Positions 63,205-64,000 of a stretch of 64,000 nucleotides of DNA are shown in pieces. Position 1 is the first letter of the stretch. Each line of letters opens with the position of its first letter. The translations under genes were made by a program, and so were the position numbers. This DNA comes from Mobula hypostoma (taxonomy: Eukaryota): positions 33,294,001-33,358,000 of the forward strand of contig NC_086109.1 of assembly GCF_963921235.1 (NCBI RefSeq). Reading direction: 5' to 3'. The notes under the pieces were generated by a model, which did no database searches, had not been told where the DNA came from, and saw only the letters and a list, made by a program, of their open reading frames with translations.

Positions 63205-63788
63205 ATGAGGCTCTCCACTGGTTGGGATCAACCATGGATATTGTGTCCAAGCTGTCTACATGATGCGCAAGCACTAGTGTAGTGCGATATGGAGGATAAG
63301 CTGTTACCCATGTAACAGATTCCCCCTCTCCACGCACTGATGAATCCAAAAGAATGAGAGGGACCTATACAGTTTGGTACCAGCAGCATATCTGGATCTG
63401 CCAGTCAGCATTGAACTCAACCTGGGTCTGTCTTAGCTCCAGAGTTTTCCTTGGGGCTTACTCCCGAAGCCTTCCCCATGAGTGGGTAATGCTGCAAGGC
63501 AGCGGAGGGTTGAGGTCAGAGTTTTCCTTGTGCTAGATGAGTTGCCAACCATTCCTGATGGGCCCCATCTGCCCGATGCAACTTGTTTTAAGGCACCAGT
63601 AACCTGCCTTTGCCCCTTCTCCTGTCAGTGGAAATGGTTGCACTGGGCTTGGTAGCTAAGCCATACATGAAGGCCAGGAGCTGGATTTAGTTCTCAGAGG
63701 CTATTTGAGATGCGCACCATTAGGAGTATTTAATAGGTAGGAGAGCTTATCCCACTACCTACCCCAGCTATGACAACCTTAAGGAACC
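63205..63788 (-). mobile_element. Non-autonomous retroposon (RTE-related)
   Basis: Uninterrupted paralogue of 25045-25868. The reverse complement begins GGTTCCTTAAGG and ends in a (CAT)n-like tail. Confidence 0.65.
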
Positions 63789-64000
63789 GACAGACATTGG
63801 ACGCTTTGTTTTAAAGAAATAGATGTGCTGTATGTAAAGTTATTATCTTCATTGTACTGGTAAGAACACTTCACAATTTAATTGCTCTGATTGATGTAGT
63901 AAGAACTTGTATTTAGTGTCTCCAGAGATCCCAAAGATTTTTAAATAATCCTTGGAATTATAATCTGTACTATAGGGAATGTGGCTGCCAGCTGTGCAGA

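Noticed and set aside
60810-64000. Third AT-hook and acidic-tail exons of HMGA
   Set aside because: No RGRP-encoding exon or acidic tail was found here. They are presumed to lie beyond the window.

Overview
Eukaryotic, AT-rich, repeat-dominated genomic DNA, most likely from a cartilaginous fish such as a ray or skate. That assignment is inferred from the repeat mix (CR1, Rex1/Babar, RTE, Tx1, Neptune-type Penelope, V-SINE, Gypsy, hAT, Tc1, Chapaev3) plus a vertebrate HMGA gene; no search was run. The only host protein-coding gene I can support is an HMGA1-like AT-hook gene near the right end. It has two coding exons on the + strand (58848-58949, 60723-60809), a candidate CCAAT/TATA promoter, and a CpG/CCAAT/CRE-rich intronic element. 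Its third AT-hook and acidic-tail exons were not found and presumably lie beyond the window. The ~58 kb upstream consists of nested and decayed transposons plus one 188-N gap. The most striking non-gene signal is a dispersed set of Penelope/Neptune-derived micro-insertions (77-900 bp) with 13-16 bp target-site duplications (TSDs). Several are fold-backs with a 34-nt tail on one arm only, and many carry a minimal hammerhead ribozyme motif (CTGAnGA..GAAAC-GTC). Other items of interest are a Chapaev3 transposon remnant, a hAT>Gypsy>RTE triple nest, a fold-back built from two Gypsy LTR ends, and candidate non-coding exons. Family names come from remembered motifs and need Dfam/Repbase confirmation.
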